From: a virus
DNA length: 64,000 nt
Virus record (IMG/VR): IMGVR_UViG_3300030101_001745
Coordinates: 37,547-101,546 of that record
Reading direction: 5' to 3' (one strand)
A program made the position numbers and the translations under genes. This document shows positions 28,689 through 38,279 of this stretch, piece by piece (position 1 is the stretch's first letter; every line of letters begins with the position of its first letter). Below the pieces are notes generated by a model. The model made no database searches. It worked only from the letters and a program-made list of their open reading frames with translations, and was not told where the DNA came from.

Positions 28689-30244
28689 GCCTCACCTCTT
28701 ACGTCATCTAAGGTATTGCAATCAGCAGGATACTTGTCATGTCGGATTCTCTGTACTCTAGGGAATCTAAGACCGTAGTTTCCATTGGAATCTCTTGATA
28801 CTAAATCAGCAGTCACCTGTAGTACAATCCTTGGTAGTACGTGAAACGTGTCTGTCTTGTTGTCATATCTTTCGACTATCCTCTTGAGTTGTGTAGTCAA
28901 TGACAAAAGGTCTTCATCACTAAGACCAGAGCCAACAGAACCCACAGATGTATAGCCATCATCACTAACGACTCCCACCTCAAACGTACCAAAGACATCG
29001 CTTCTCTTTCCGCCACCATACTTGGTTGATAATATCACGACATCGAAATCTATCCTCGGTGGCTTGTGCTTCAACAAAGCCTTACTTCTCTTAGATTCGT
29101 AAGGCGCATTCAAATCTTTAATCATGATACCTTCGTATCCCTCATTGATTGCGTAGTTGTAGGAAGCAACGCGGTCATTCGATAGAACCCTTGCAATGTG
29201 TGGTCTTAGCACAACAAACTTCTCTAGTTGTTCTAGTCTTGTTCTATATGGCATATCAAGAAGAGACTCAAACCCATCATACATTATGTCGAAGACGACC
29301 AGTTTTACTGGGCAATCTGCTACGGCTTGAGCCTTGTCTTTAGAATGCACTCTCGTTCCTAGTTTCTTGTGTTCTGCGGGAGAACCATCATGGTTGACTG
29401 GATAAATCTCCCCGTCAACAATGAAGGTATCTGTACAGTCTTCCAATATACTAACTACATCTGGATACTGTTCAGTAACTAACTTACCTGCTCTGTTGAA
29501 TATCATAGTAGTATCTGGAGAATGATGTATCTGATACCTGTTACCATCATACTTGATATCAATCACGTATTCTTCTGGTAGTGGTTGGTTGTCTTCTAAC
29601 TTCTTAGCAAGCATCGGCTTGATGTACCTACCAATGTGACTTACTTCTGGTAGATGCGTTTCCCAATCATCTGGATTTGCTTCTGCATATGACAATAACG
29701 TAATCATATCAAAGTCTCTCAACCTTGAAACGAACCTAGAACCATGTCGTTGTGCCATGGCTTTCGTTACTGTTGATGTACTAACGCCATTCCTAGGTGT
29801 CTTCAACCAATATCTAACAAACCACTTCAACTCCAAAGAATCCATCTGTCTGAGAATTTCTTCGTACATGGAATACGCTTGACCATTTATAGAAGAACAA
29901 TCCATATTGAACAATCTCAATACGGTTGTTATGGTAATGTCAGAAGGTGTTTCTGAAACACCACCGAACATATACACACCTTCACCCAAGTCACCATATG
30001 ACTCCGCATACGACTTTATTTCTTCTTCATGCACTCCTAGTATAGAAGCCAACCAAGAGATTGCTCTCTTCTCTCCTATATTGCTAGGCCCATAATCACC
30101 CAAGAGTACAGTCATCATCCCGGCCCATCCGGTGTTGAAAGAACTGAAATTTCTCTCTATTGCTTCGACCTTTGCATTTGTACTGTTTACATTCTCTATT
30201 ACTTCAAGCATCCTCGCCATTCTTATCCACATTTTTATCACCAA
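28685..30244 (-). CDS. lig: ATP-dependent DNA ligase
   Basis: 'KPMLA', motif I 'KYDGNR', 'DGEI', 'FDIM', 'EGIMIK', 'VGSG', 'LRFPR...RHDK'. Confidence 0.95.
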   Translation of the reverse strand: MVIKMWIRMARMLEVIENVNSTNAKVEAIERNFSSFNTGWAGMMTVLLGDYGPSNIGEKRAISWLASILGVHEEEIKSYAESYGDLGEGVYMFGGVSETPSDITITTVLRLFNMDCSSINGQAYSMYEEILRQMDSLELKWFVRYWLKTPRNGVSTSTVTKAMAQRHGSRFVSRLRDFDMITLLSYAEANPDDWETHLPEVSHIGRYIKPMLAKKLEDNQPLPEEYVIDIKYDGNRYQIHHSPDTTMIFNRAGKLVTEQYPDVVSILEDCTDTFIVDGEIYPVNHDGSPAEHKKLGTRVHSKDKAQAVADCPVKLVVFDIMYDGFESLLDMPYRTRLEQLEKFVVLRPHIARVLSNDRVASYNYAINEGYEGIMIKDLNAPYESKRSKALLKHKPPRIDFDVVILSTKYGGGKRSDVFGTFEVGVVSDDGYTSVGSVGSGLSDEDLLSLTTQLKRIVERYDNKTDTFHVLPRIVLQVTADLVSRDSNGNYGLRFPRVQRIRHDKYPADCNTLDDVRGEA

Positions 30245-30437
30245 TTTTATTGAGAATTTTCAAGAGATTCCCTAACTCATCTTTGTTTATTCTTATGCCC
30301 TTCCTTGTGGGCTTTCCTTCGTTGAACCATCGAACGTCAATTACTTCGATGTTCCAATATTCTCCCTCTTGTACCACCAACTCCGTTGTTGCACTTCTAG
30401 GAAACCTAGCCACTATCTTCATCTTATCATTACTCAA
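30204..30437 (-). CDS. PC4-like ssDNA-binding protein
   Basis: 'EYWNIEVIDVRWF...PTRKGIRI' PC4 signature. Confidence 0.75.
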   Translation of the reverse strand: MSNDKMKIVARFPRSATTELVVQEGEYWNIEVIDVRWFNEGKPTRKGIRINKDELGNLLKILNKIGDKNVDKNGEDA

Positions 30438-30829
30438 TCGCTCATCCCCCTTTTGAAATTTGAAAGATGAAGTACGGAAGTGAAGTACCTTGGAGACTCT
30501 AACTCATCAACTCTATGAGCAACCCAAATTACTCCACCGACACTACTTATCTTCACCAACTCATACGTCTTGTCACCTACTTCAAACATGTCTTCTGTTT
30601 GTACCATAGGCACAAGACCGAAGTGCTTCGACAACTCAGACGATACTTCTTCTAGATTCTCAGCAACGTACTTTACAATCAACTGTTGCTGAATGGGAAC
30701 CTTTGCACCGACATTGACTTCTATCTTACCCGACATGTCACATACCTTACACTTGTTTCCTTCGCAAATGGGGCATGTTATCTGCGCTCCAATAGGAGCA
30801 GGAAAATTGATAGAAATCGCTCGCTTCAT
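30434..30829 (-). CDS. Protein with DnaJ-type CxxCxG Zn finger
   Basis: 'CPICEGNKCKVCDMSG'. Confidence 0.55.
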   Translation of the reverse strand: MKRAISINFPAPIGAQITCPICEGNKCKVCDMSGKIEVNVGAKVPIQQQLIVKYVAENLEEVSSELSKHFGLVPMVQTEDMFEVGDKTYELVKISSVGGVIWVAHRVDELESPRYFTSVLHLSNFKRGMSD

Positions 30830-31143
30830 GCAACTACCAAACCTTCTTCTTCCATTCTTTCCCAGAAACCTAGAGCATCTTGGGCGGCTTGTATAACCAT
30901 CGGCATACCATTTGTCTTTCTTTTCTTCTCAAGAAAATCTAGAAAATTCTCTAAGTATGCTTGTCCTAAACCTCTACCCCTATTGGATTCATCTACTATC
31001 CCGAAGTCTACTATTTCCCAACGAGAATCACCCTCATTGTTTATGTCTAGCCTTGCTTCGCCTGTGGCTTGACCGTCATCAGATTCCCATTCCTCATGTT
31101 GTTCAAAATCCTTCAATACGTCTTCCCAAGTCATAGTTCCCAC
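30826..31143 (-). CDS. GNAT-family acetyltransferase
   Basis: Acetyl-CoA motif A 'VDESNRGRGLG' and 'ALGFWERM'. Confidence 0.75.
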   Translation of the reverse strand: MGTMTWEDVLKDFEQHEEWESDDGQATGEARLDINNEGDSRWEIVDFGIVDESNRGRGLGQAYLENFLDFLEKKRKTNGMPMVIQAAQDALGFWERMEEEGLVVA

Positions 31144-31511
31144 AACCTATACATAACAGTACAATTGTACTGATATCCTTCCAAGTCTATTAACACCAAG
31201 GATACTTCTCCCATTGCAGGTGCATGTTGTTGTTTGAATCTCGTATTTTCAATCAAGAAGTAGGGTTTCATCTCTACTGTTTGATTGGTAGTTTCGTTGT
31301 ACATAACTACACTCGCTGAGAATACCTCAAACAATGTAGTGTTGTCACCAAACGATATCGTTGGTAGTGTGGTGTTATTCTCGTAGGTGAAGTTGTGATA
31401 CTCTGTAACCCATAGAGGTTTGTCATCCTCTACTGGTGGGTCTGGTATCATCTCAGCACAACCTGCCAGTGACGAAGATAGAAGGAGTAATGCCAGTAGG
31501 ACTCTCATCAC
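31131..31511 (-). CDS. Lipoprotein
   Basis: Signal peptide with lipobox 'LAGC'. Confidence 0.7.
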   Translation of the reverse strand: MMRVLLALLLLSSSLAGCAEMIPDPPVEDDKPLWVTEYHNFTYENNTTLPTISFGDNTTLFEVFSASVVMYNETTNQTVEMKPYFLIENTRFKQQHAPAMGEVSLVLIDLEGYQYNCTVMYRLWEL

Positions 31512-31662
31512 TATGCTTCCTCCGTTTGTTTCTTAATGAACTTCTCGACTATTGCCATCCTACCTTCTAACTTGATTAGTCTCTCTTGCAATTCCACAAC
31601 AACGTTCACTAAGTCATCTCTAGACCAGTCTTGATACAACGTGTATAGCATATGCTTACGCA

Positions 31663-31908
31663 TCAGAATCCCTCTTCCAATGTCGCTTGGCTACCTTCGA
31701 TTTCATCATCTGTCTCTTGACCGTGAAGCGTGTCCATCATAATCTCATACGACTTCTGCATCTTCTTGTTGTCCCATTGTATATCCTCGCACCATCCTAG
31801 TTTCTCCAGTTCAGTCCTACAATATACAAGTAGGTCTAGGTATTGCTTTCGCTCCTTCTCTATCTTGTTTACTTTCTTCTTTATGTTATCCAATTCTTTT
31901 CCTATCAT
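31663..31908 (-). CDS. Hypothetical coiled-coil protein
   Basis: 81-aa ORF downstream of JAB. Confidence 0.5.
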   Translation of the reverse strand: MIGKELDNIKKKVNKIEKERKQYLDLLVYCRTELEKLGWCEDIQWDNKKMQKSYEIMMDTLHGQETDDEIEGSQATLEEGF

Positions 31909-31910
31909 TT

Positions 31911-32393
31911 TTATTCCTCTTCTATTTTTGGACTTTGAAGCAGTCCATACTTTACTTGCTTTACTATCTCCCTCTTTACGTCATATGCCCAATACTCGTT
32001 ATCACCCAATACTATTGCATTGGCGAGCATTGGCTTCCATGTGTTCAGCGTCTTCCAATCAGTTCCACTGAAATATGCTTGACCAAATGGATGTGTGTGA
32101 ATCCAACACTTGAATGGTAATTTCATACCTTCCAATTCTTCTTCGTCTGCCCCTTCAAAGGAAACGAAACTAGGTGTTCCGACATTGATGAAGACGGTGT
32201 TCTTCGCGTCAACGACTACCTGTACTTCTCTAGGTATGTCGAAAGCCTTCATCGACTTCTCCCAGATAACTGAGAGAAACGCTTCTAATTCGTTGTTTGG
32301 GTTGTTGTATGGTACTGGCCCTGTGGTCAGCGATATACAGGATACAAACGCATCAACAATCTCTCTCTTCCAATTCTCATTCTTAATCTCCAT
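31911..32393 (-). CDS. JAB/MPN+ (JAMM) metalloprotease, deubiquitinase-like
   Basis: Upstream Glu ('PREVQ') plus 'HTHPFGQAYFSGTD' matches the JAMM HxHx7Sx2D motif. Confidence 0.88.
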   Translation of the reverse strand: MEIKNENWKREIVDAFVSCISLTTGPVPYNNPNNELEAFLSVIWEKSMKAFDIPREVQVVVDAKNTVFINVGTPSFVSFEGADEEELEGMKLPFKCWIHTHPFGQAYFSGTDWKTLNTWKPMLANAIVLGDNEYWAYDVKREIVKQVKYGLLQSPKIEEE

Positions 32394-32635
32394 TATGCTC
32401 CACCCATTTCTTTAATCATGACATCCATCTGATTCTCAAATTCATGATATGCTTTGTGACCTGCAATGAAGCCACCCGCATGTCTCTTCGTTCCTAGAAA
32501 CGCTTCACCACATACGGGGCATGTGACTTTCACAATCTGTGCTTGTGGATAGTACCCATCTGTCGATAGAATGTCCACAATATTGTCAATGTCATCCTCT
32601 GTTAAATCCTCTATTTTCTCTGCATCACTCATCAT
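32393..32635 (-). CDS. Small C2H2-like Zn-finger protein
   Basis: 'CPVCGEAF...GHKAYH'. Confidence 0.6.
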   Translation of the reverse strand: MMSDAEKIEDLTEDDIDNIVDILSTDGYYPQAQIVKVTCPVCGEAFLGTKRHAGGFIAGHKAYHEFENQMDVMIKEMGGA

Positions 32636-32874
32636 TCATCACCTGTTTTCATAGTGTCTTCTATCATTGATATCTCATCAACTACATTCTGTGTAGCAGG
32701 ATTGATAATCATCAATCGCACGTTCTTTTGGTAGCCACAAGACTGACACCCATAAACATACAGTACGGGTATCCGTGGTTGGTTTTGTACCAATGCAATT
32801 GGTGTTCCGATATCTAATGTCCATACCATAGGGTCACCACACTTGCATGTCCAATAATCACTAGCGAACTTCAT
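32632..32874 (-). CDS. Small Zn-ribbon protein
   Basis: 'CKCG...CQSCG'. Confidence 0.55.
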   Translation of the reverse strand: MKFASDYWTCKCGDPMVWTLDIGTPIALVQNQPRIPVLYVYGCQSCGYQKNVRLMIINPATQNVVDEISMIEDTMKTGDE

Positions 32875-33455
32875 ACATTCAGCACCACCTTGTCAACAAC
32901 ATCATCGTGGTCATTGAACCACTTCTGAATCCATTGTGCGGCATAACCTGCAATCAGCATGTGCATACAGTTTACTTCCTTACCAGTACCATCCCAATCT
33001 CCGCCTTGGCAGGAGAAAGAACCCTCTGGTCCGTTCAACAGTGTATCTTGGAAGTTCTTATCCACCTTGTAAGAAATCAAAGCCGCATTGCGACCTTGCG
33101 CTCTCAAATCAAGCCACTTGACTTTAGCATCATCACCGTGGCCTTGACGATATAGCATTCTTCTTACTGCTAGATTATCAGCACAACAGATAACCAAGTC
33201 GTATCCCTGCAACTGCTTCTCTGTTAGAACAAGATATGGTTGTGCTTCATACATACCACCCATATCAGAAGAGAAGCAATAGACCTTGAGTTCCCCTAGG
33301 TCATCTGCGCTAAAGTTCTGATACCGCAGATTCTTCTGCTCAACCTTATCATTGTCAAAGGCAGTAACCTGATACACACCAAGTCTGTTCAGTATTGGAA
33401 TTAGATAACTACCTATTCCACCTGCCCCAATCAATAGCACCTTACGATGCCTCAT
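32871..33455 (-). CDS. ThiF/MoeB/E1-like ubiquitin-activating enzyme
   Basis: 'LLIGAGGIGS', 'DNDKVEQKNLRYQ', 'CADNLAVR', candidate catalytic Cys in 'SFSCQ'. Confidence 0.9.
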   Translation of the reverse strand: MRHRKVLLIGAGGIGSYLIPILNRLGVYQVTAFDNDKVEQKNLRYQNFSADDLGELKVYCFSSDMGGMYEAQPYLVLTEKQLQGYDLVICCADNLAVRRMLYRQGHGDDAKVKWLDLRAQGRNAALISYKVDKNFQDTLLNGPEGSFSCQGGDWDGTGKEVNCMHMLIAGYAAQWIQKWFNDHDDVVDKVVLNV

Positions 33456-34416
33456 TCAGAAGCACCTCGTTCTTGTTTCTTTCATTGTTTTTCTTTCCAT
33501 TTTCATTTTCATTCCTCACTCTTATTCCTTTAACTACGTCTTCTATGTCATAACAAGATAAACTTGCTCTGTCTATTGACAATAATTCGCACATTTCCTT
33601 AGCATTATTCCTAATGCCGTAATCAGAACATAGCCAATACTTCACTATGTCTGTTTGTGTAATTGGTTCTCCTATCATTTTAGTAGCAATCCAAACACCT
33701 GCTCCTATTCTATTATTAGATAGTCGCATATTTAGGTCTTCATAGACCCTAGAAACATATTCTATGAACAAAAAAGCCGCATTTCTCTGCGATTCTGTTA
33801 CTTTTTTCATGTTTCCAAGTAAAGAATCTACTGATTCTTGTGGTGTTTCTTTAGCAAACACATATGACTTTCTTGCATATTTTGCTATTTTCTTAGCAAT
33901 TTTAGAGAGATATCTCTTGTCCACTCTAGTAATCCTAGCATGTTTGTCTAGACTAGTTATGATACCTGCTTCTTTCAATACAAAGAAAGTCACACCTGCC
34001 GCTTTACGTTCGTTTGAGTATCCTCTGAGATAGTCGTCTTTGAACATAGCCAGATAATACGCCTTCGCGCTTTCCTTCAAATCCTTAGACGCACCATACT
34101 CAGATAGATACATCATCATCTTGGTATCAACTTCTTTCGTTGCGGCTTTTCTTTTGTGTGTCGCCCAAGTCTCTGTTCTTACATTCTGTTGCCAAAGGTG
34201 AAACTTCTTGTTTACAAACGCCTCACTCTTAGTAATGAAAGAACCTAGATGTCCTTTGTCTGGACTCTTGTTGGGTTGACCACTATCATCCCACTTGACA
34301 AGAACGTGCTTCTCAAAGGGAGCAGTCACGTTGACATACCCACACTCTGAGCATACGTTCTCGCCAAGTGCTTCGTTGAATACTAGGTTGCGAGACTTAC
34401 ACAGTTCGCACTTCAT
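33442..34416 (-). CDS. tfb: Transcription factor B (TFIIB) homologue
   Basis: N-terminal 'CELC...GENVCSECGYV' Zn ribbon; two cyclin repeats ('LRGYSNERKAA', 'ITQTDI...GIRN'). Confidence 0.8.
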   Translation of the reverse strand: MKCELCKSRNLVFNEALGENVCSECGYVNVTAPFEKHVLVKWDDSGQPNKSPDKGHLGSFITKSEAFVNKKFHLWQQNVRTETWATHKRKAATKEVDTKMMMYLSEYGASKDLKESAKAYYLAMFKDDYLRGYSNERKAAGVTFFVLKEAGIITSLDKHARITRVDKRYLSKIAKKIAKYARKSYVFAKETPQESVDSLLGNMKKVTESQRNAAFLFIEYVSRVYEDLNMRLSNNRIGAGVWIATKMIGEPITQTDIVKYWLCSDYGIRNNAKEMCELLSIDRASLSCYDIEDVVKGIRVRNENENGKKNNERNKNEVLLNEAS

Positions 34417-36104
34417 TGTAAGGCTCTCCTTCTTGCTCGCCTTTCTCTCCTTCTGGCTCTCCTAGCATCTTCACGCTCACGTTGTAGTCTCCTTTCCTCC
34501 AACTCTCGTTCAAGTTGTTCTGCGGCTTCCTTCTCTGCTTTGGCCTTCTTCTGAGCCTCATTCGCTTCCTTGGTTTGCCTTCGCTTCTTCTGCTTGCTAT
34601 AGTGAATAGCCATCAACTCGTTAGCAGGTATCCTAGGCTGATTAACCAATACGTCATCAGTTGTTCTATCTCTGACATATCCGTGAATCGTGTATACTCT
34701 GTGAGAAGCAGACTCGTCATTCAGAAGTACCATTGCCCTAGCCGCAATCTGGTCGCCTATGCTTGAGTTGTTGTGTAGGTTATCTATGCAAATGCTATGG
34801 CTAATCTCCCTACCTCGGAACTTCAATCTTGAACTTGACATGTTCTTCTCATTAGAAGTGACACAGTATGTCGAAACATTCTGATGTCCTACCTTCATAC
34901 CGCCTCTACCAGTAATGACCCAATCTCTCACTCTTCCCTTGACATGAATTGCTTGGTCTTCGATACCGGGCCAGTTGACATAGGTTAGTTGTGGGTACTC
35001 TGCATCTAGTCCTCTTAGGAGTTGAGTTGCTCTGTCTTCTACCATAGCATGTTTCCTGTTCTGCTTCAACCATGCGAGCATCATCTTCTCTTGTCCAGAT
35101 GTAGGTTCTGATGGGAATAGATACTTACCTTCCGAATCCTTACTCTTGTCTTCTGTGAATAACTCAATCCACAAATCTCTAGGAGTAATGCCTAGCCATC
35201 TCTTGCTTCTCTTAGCACCATGCCTATACACATTCAAGAATTGGTTCCATTCCTTCGTGGTTATTCCTGCCCAGATATCTTCTGATATCTCAATGGCTAC
35301 TTCTTTCAGACCGATACTCTTGGTGTTGAGCATCACTTCCTGCTTCCTTCCCATCTCATAGAAGAAGTAAGGACTCCTATTCTCAATAGCATAGAGAACA
35401 TTGTGTGGTGTCTCTGTAACCTTGATGATATACTCTTCCAAGACCTCTGCACTTCTGCAATATACTGCTCTCATTAGAATCTTGGCTACTGCATAGATTG
35501 CATCCTTCTTTAGCATCCTAGTGTGGTCAACGTAAAACGAAGACTTCTTTCTCTGAATAGTAAGTGTGACTTCTCCATCTGGAAACTTCCAACCCAGATA
35601 GTGCCTGTAGTTCTTATCATCAGCACCAAGCAGATTGTACTGCTTCTTGGTCGGGCCAAACAGATATTGCTCAACAGTCTTCGCCACTTCAAACAATAGT
35701 GGGTCTTCACTGTGGTTCTGACCTATACCAAGGACTCTCGGTACGTTAATCTCTCTCTCACCAAACTTGTTCATGCTCTTTGTGAAAGAACTAGGTTCAT
35801 GGTAGTACCAATCTTGGTCGGTATCTTGGTGAAGATACTCTCTCTTTCCTTTGACATATATCACTGGCATGTCTTCTTCAAAGACTGACATAGATATGTC
35901 AAGTTTCTTTAGCCTATCTTCAAACCATTCACGGTCATTTGACAAATATACTCTGTGGCGGTGAGAGCCATACAACTGCTTCATCAGTAACTTGTTGTTC
36001 GTGTTGAACAAGAACGATGTGTGCATGTATTCTGTGCCGCGACCTGCTCTTCTATCTCCAATCGAGGGTATTCCTAATTTTATTTTCATATTCATTCTCT
36101 CCAT
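34413..36104 (-). CDS. Hypothetical protein with C-terminal Cys-containing domain (possible E2-like partner)
   Basis: 563-aa ORF; 'HVKG...HSICID...GDQIAARAMVLLND' followed by a charged coiled-coil tail. Function is inferred from context only. Confidence 0.5.
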   Translation of the reverse strand: MERMNMKIKLGIPSIGDRRAGRGTEYMHTSFLFNTNNKLLMKQLYGSHRHRVYLSNDREWFEDRLKKLDISMSVFEEDMPVIYVKGKREYLHQDTDQDWYYHEPSSFTKSMNKFGEREINVPRVLGIGQNHSEDPLLFEVAKTVEQYLFGPTKKQYNLLGADDKNYRHYLGWKFPDGEVTLTIQRKKSSFYVDHTRMLKKDAIYAVAKILMRAVYCRSAEVLEEYIIKVTETPHNVLYAIENRSPYFFYEMGRKQEVMLNTKSIGLKEVAIEISEDIWAGITTKEWNQFLNVYRHGAKRSKRWLGITPRDLWIELFTEDKSKDSEGKYLFPSEPTSGQEKMMLAWLKQNRKHAMVEDRATQLLRGLDAEYPQLTYVNWPGIEDQAIHVKGRVRDWVITGRGGMKVGHQNVSTYCVTSNEKNMSSSRLKFRGREISHSICIDNLHNNSSIGDQIAARAMVLLNDESASHRVYTIHGYVRDRTTDDVLVNQPRIPANELMAIHYSKQKKRRQTKEANEAQKKAKAEKEAAEQLERELEERRLQREREDARRARRRERRARRRALQ

Positions 36105-36381
36105 AATTTTTCATGTAGTATTGTTTTCTATTGTATAATTCCTTCATTGCTTCACCCGGATAGGTGTCAAACATCTTCTTACAACTACGATGTAATTGAT
36201 GTCCTAGTATTCTGTTCAACCTTGCTCTAGACATGTTACCACTCTTGGCAACTTCTATCGCTTGCTCAACGTAAGCCTTACTCGCATTGTCTGGACATAT
36301 ACGGATTATCTCATCTCTGATGAAATCAATCTCGTCTACGTCAAAGTAATGACCTAACTTACGGGTGATTTGGAATCTCAC
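36052..36381 (-). CDS. Hypothetical protein
   Basis: GTGA overlap with the RNR stop. Confidence 0.55.
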   Translation of the reverse strand: MRFQITRKLGHYFDVDEIDFIRDEIIRICPDNASKAYVEQAIEVAKSGNMSRARLNRILGHQLHRSCKKMFDTYPGEAMKELYNRKQYYMKNYGENEYENKIRNTLDWR

Positions 36382-38270
36382 AGTATCTCACACGTTCCCC
36401 CAGAACATGCGAGTTCACCTTGAAGTTGAGTGTTGTCGTCATCCTCCATTATCTGTGAGGTGTCTAACTTCTTTAGTAGTGGTAGGTATTTCTCAAAAGT
36501 CTCTTTGTTACATGCCGTGTTAGGCATCTGCATTTCTATACCATCCTCAACATCGAAACTGAAAGGTAGTAGAGAAAGTCCATTGTAGGAATCTCTGTTT
36601 ATCCACATCCAATCTCTCACCAAATCCCATTCATTCTCACGAACGTTAACTGTTGCTGAAACGTTGTGAGTATTCATTCCGTCTATGTGACCGGGCTTCA
36701 CCCAATTCTCTGTCACATGCTTCACTCTCTCTAAGAAGTCTATAGCAGACTCCGAGCGAGTGACTGCACCTTCTGGTGCTTTTTGAGGAACGAAGACTAC
36801 TATGTTGCCTTCTTCCCATCTATCGTCTTCTATCAAATCTGGAATGTTCTCCATTAGATACTTGGCAATAGGTTCCTCTTTGTTATATCTGATAGTCCTA
36901 ATGAAGTAGTCAGACCACCAAGGGTGAATCCCCGATGATGTTCCGAATACCAGACTAGCAGTTCCTTCTGGTTTAACACAGGTAAGTCTAGCGGCAGGAT
37001 TGATGCCTAGTTTCTCTGCCCAATCCCTGTTCACCATCTTGACGACATCGACTGCTTCATTCAAGTCTAAGTCATCCAACTTACCATTGGCGATACCAGT
37101 CATAGATACACCAAGTAGTGCATCCTTCTCAGTAGTCTTCTTCCATCCTTGACGTAGGAAGTGGAAGTCTGTGTAGGTCGCTTGCAATGTTCCTAGGAAC
37201 GCCGCCGCTTCTACTCTAGCATTCAATTCCTCTTGTGATTCTACGTCTGATACGTTACAGGTAGTCAAGTTACAGAACTGCATGTCCCGTAATCCAATTT
37301 CTGCACAAGGATTGGTTCCCCATTCCTTATCGTTAGTGAAGTAGAAACCCGGCTCATGTCCACCATTTGCCTGTATTATCTCCCACAAGGAATCGTAGAA
37401 TTTCTTGGTTACTCTGTTCCTAACTAGAACCGCAGAGTTGTTAGCATGTTTCCTATATGGGTGACTCTCGTATGTAGTCACCGTCTTCGCAGTCAACATC
37501 TCTCTGTCGTCTGCACTAAATAGTGAAATCATCGCTGACCTTCTGATACCACCAGATAGTACGGCCTCTGCTATTCTACATAGCATGTCATGTACTTCTA
37601 TTGGTCTGAGTTGTGTGAAATTCTCCTTGTCAATCAACATACCTTCTATGATAGTGAGGCAGTTTCTCAATGGTGTTGGGCCGGGAGCCTTGCCACCACT
37701 AGTCTTGAGTAACGCTCCCTTCGGTCTGATATCTGAGTAGTCGAAGCGCGGTGTAGTGCTTCTCTTACCAGTATAAGACTCAAAGAGTACGTTGATTGCT
37801 TCTGCCCATCCTTCTTGTGAATCACCTATCAGATGTCTGTAGGTTCTATCTGGGTTAGGCTTCATGACTTGTGGTAGTTGTGCTATGTGATGCTTCTGCA
37901 CCGAATAGCCTACACCAGTCCCACCTAGTAGTAGAAACATTGCTTCCCCGAAGCACCTAATATCTGTAATGTTCATGAATGAACAGTTGTAGATTCTGTT
38001 AGGTGAACGTAGAATAGCATCTCCTGCAAATTGGTAGGAACGCATAGAAGGTGATACCTTCAACGTCTTCACATAGTCATTGTATACCTTTACAATCTTG
38101 GTGCAGACAGTTTCGTTCCCTTTGAATTTGTCAAGGTGCATGTTCATGTTCCTTGTGATTATTTCATCGAGTGTCTCTCTCCTTCCCAACTCCCAATCAT
38201 ACCTAGCATATTTCGTAGGTACAATCAAATCGCTCATCATTTGTTGTTCTATTTCTAATTTATTTTGCAT
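36378..38270 (-). CDS. nrdJ: Class II (adenosylcobalamin-dependent) ribonucleotide reductase
   Basis: 'YNCSF', 'GTGVG', 'GGIRRSA', 'TNPCAEI', 'CNL', 'TCVKPEGT', C-terminal 'ACSGGTCEI'; no beta-subunit gene. Confidence 0.92.
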   Translation of the reverse strand: MQNKLEIEQQMMSDLIVPTKYARYDWELGRRETLDEIITRNMNMHLDKFKGNETVCTKIVKVYNDYVKTLKVSPSMRSYQFAGDAILRSPNRIYNCSFMNITDIRCFGEAMFLLLGGTGVGYSVQKHHIAQLPQVMKPNPDRTYRHLIGDSQEGWAEAINVLFESYTGKRSTTPRFDYSDIRPKGALLKTSGGKAPGPTPLRNCLTIIEGMLIDKENFTQLRPIEVHDMLCRIAEAVLSGGIRRSAMISLFSADDREMLTAKTVTTYESHPYRKHANNSAVLVRNRVTKKFYDSLWEIIQANGGHEPGFYFTNDKEWGTNPCAEIGLRDMQFCNLTTCNVSDVESQEELNARVEAAAFLGTLQATYTDFHFLRQGWKKTTEKDALLGVSMTGIANGKLDDLDLNEAVDVVKMVNRDWAEKLGINPAARLTCVKPEGTASLVFGTSSGIHPWWSDYFIRTIRYNKEEPIAKYLMENIPDLIEDDRWEEGNIVVFVPQKAPEGAVTRSESAIDFLERVKHVTENWVKPGHIDGMNTHNVSATVNVRENEWDLVRDWMWINRDSYNGLSLLPFSFDVEDGIEMQMPNTACNKETFEKYLPLLKKLDTSQIMEDDDNTQLQGELACSGGTCEIL

Positions 38271-38279
38271 TATCTAAAA

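Noticed and set aside
32871-33455. ThiF/MoeB for thiamine or molybdopterin biosynthesis (auxiliary metabolic gene)
   Set aside because: No pathway partners in the window; a JAB protease and a capped Ubl fit conjugation better, though a sulfur-carrier role with host enzymes is not fully excluded.
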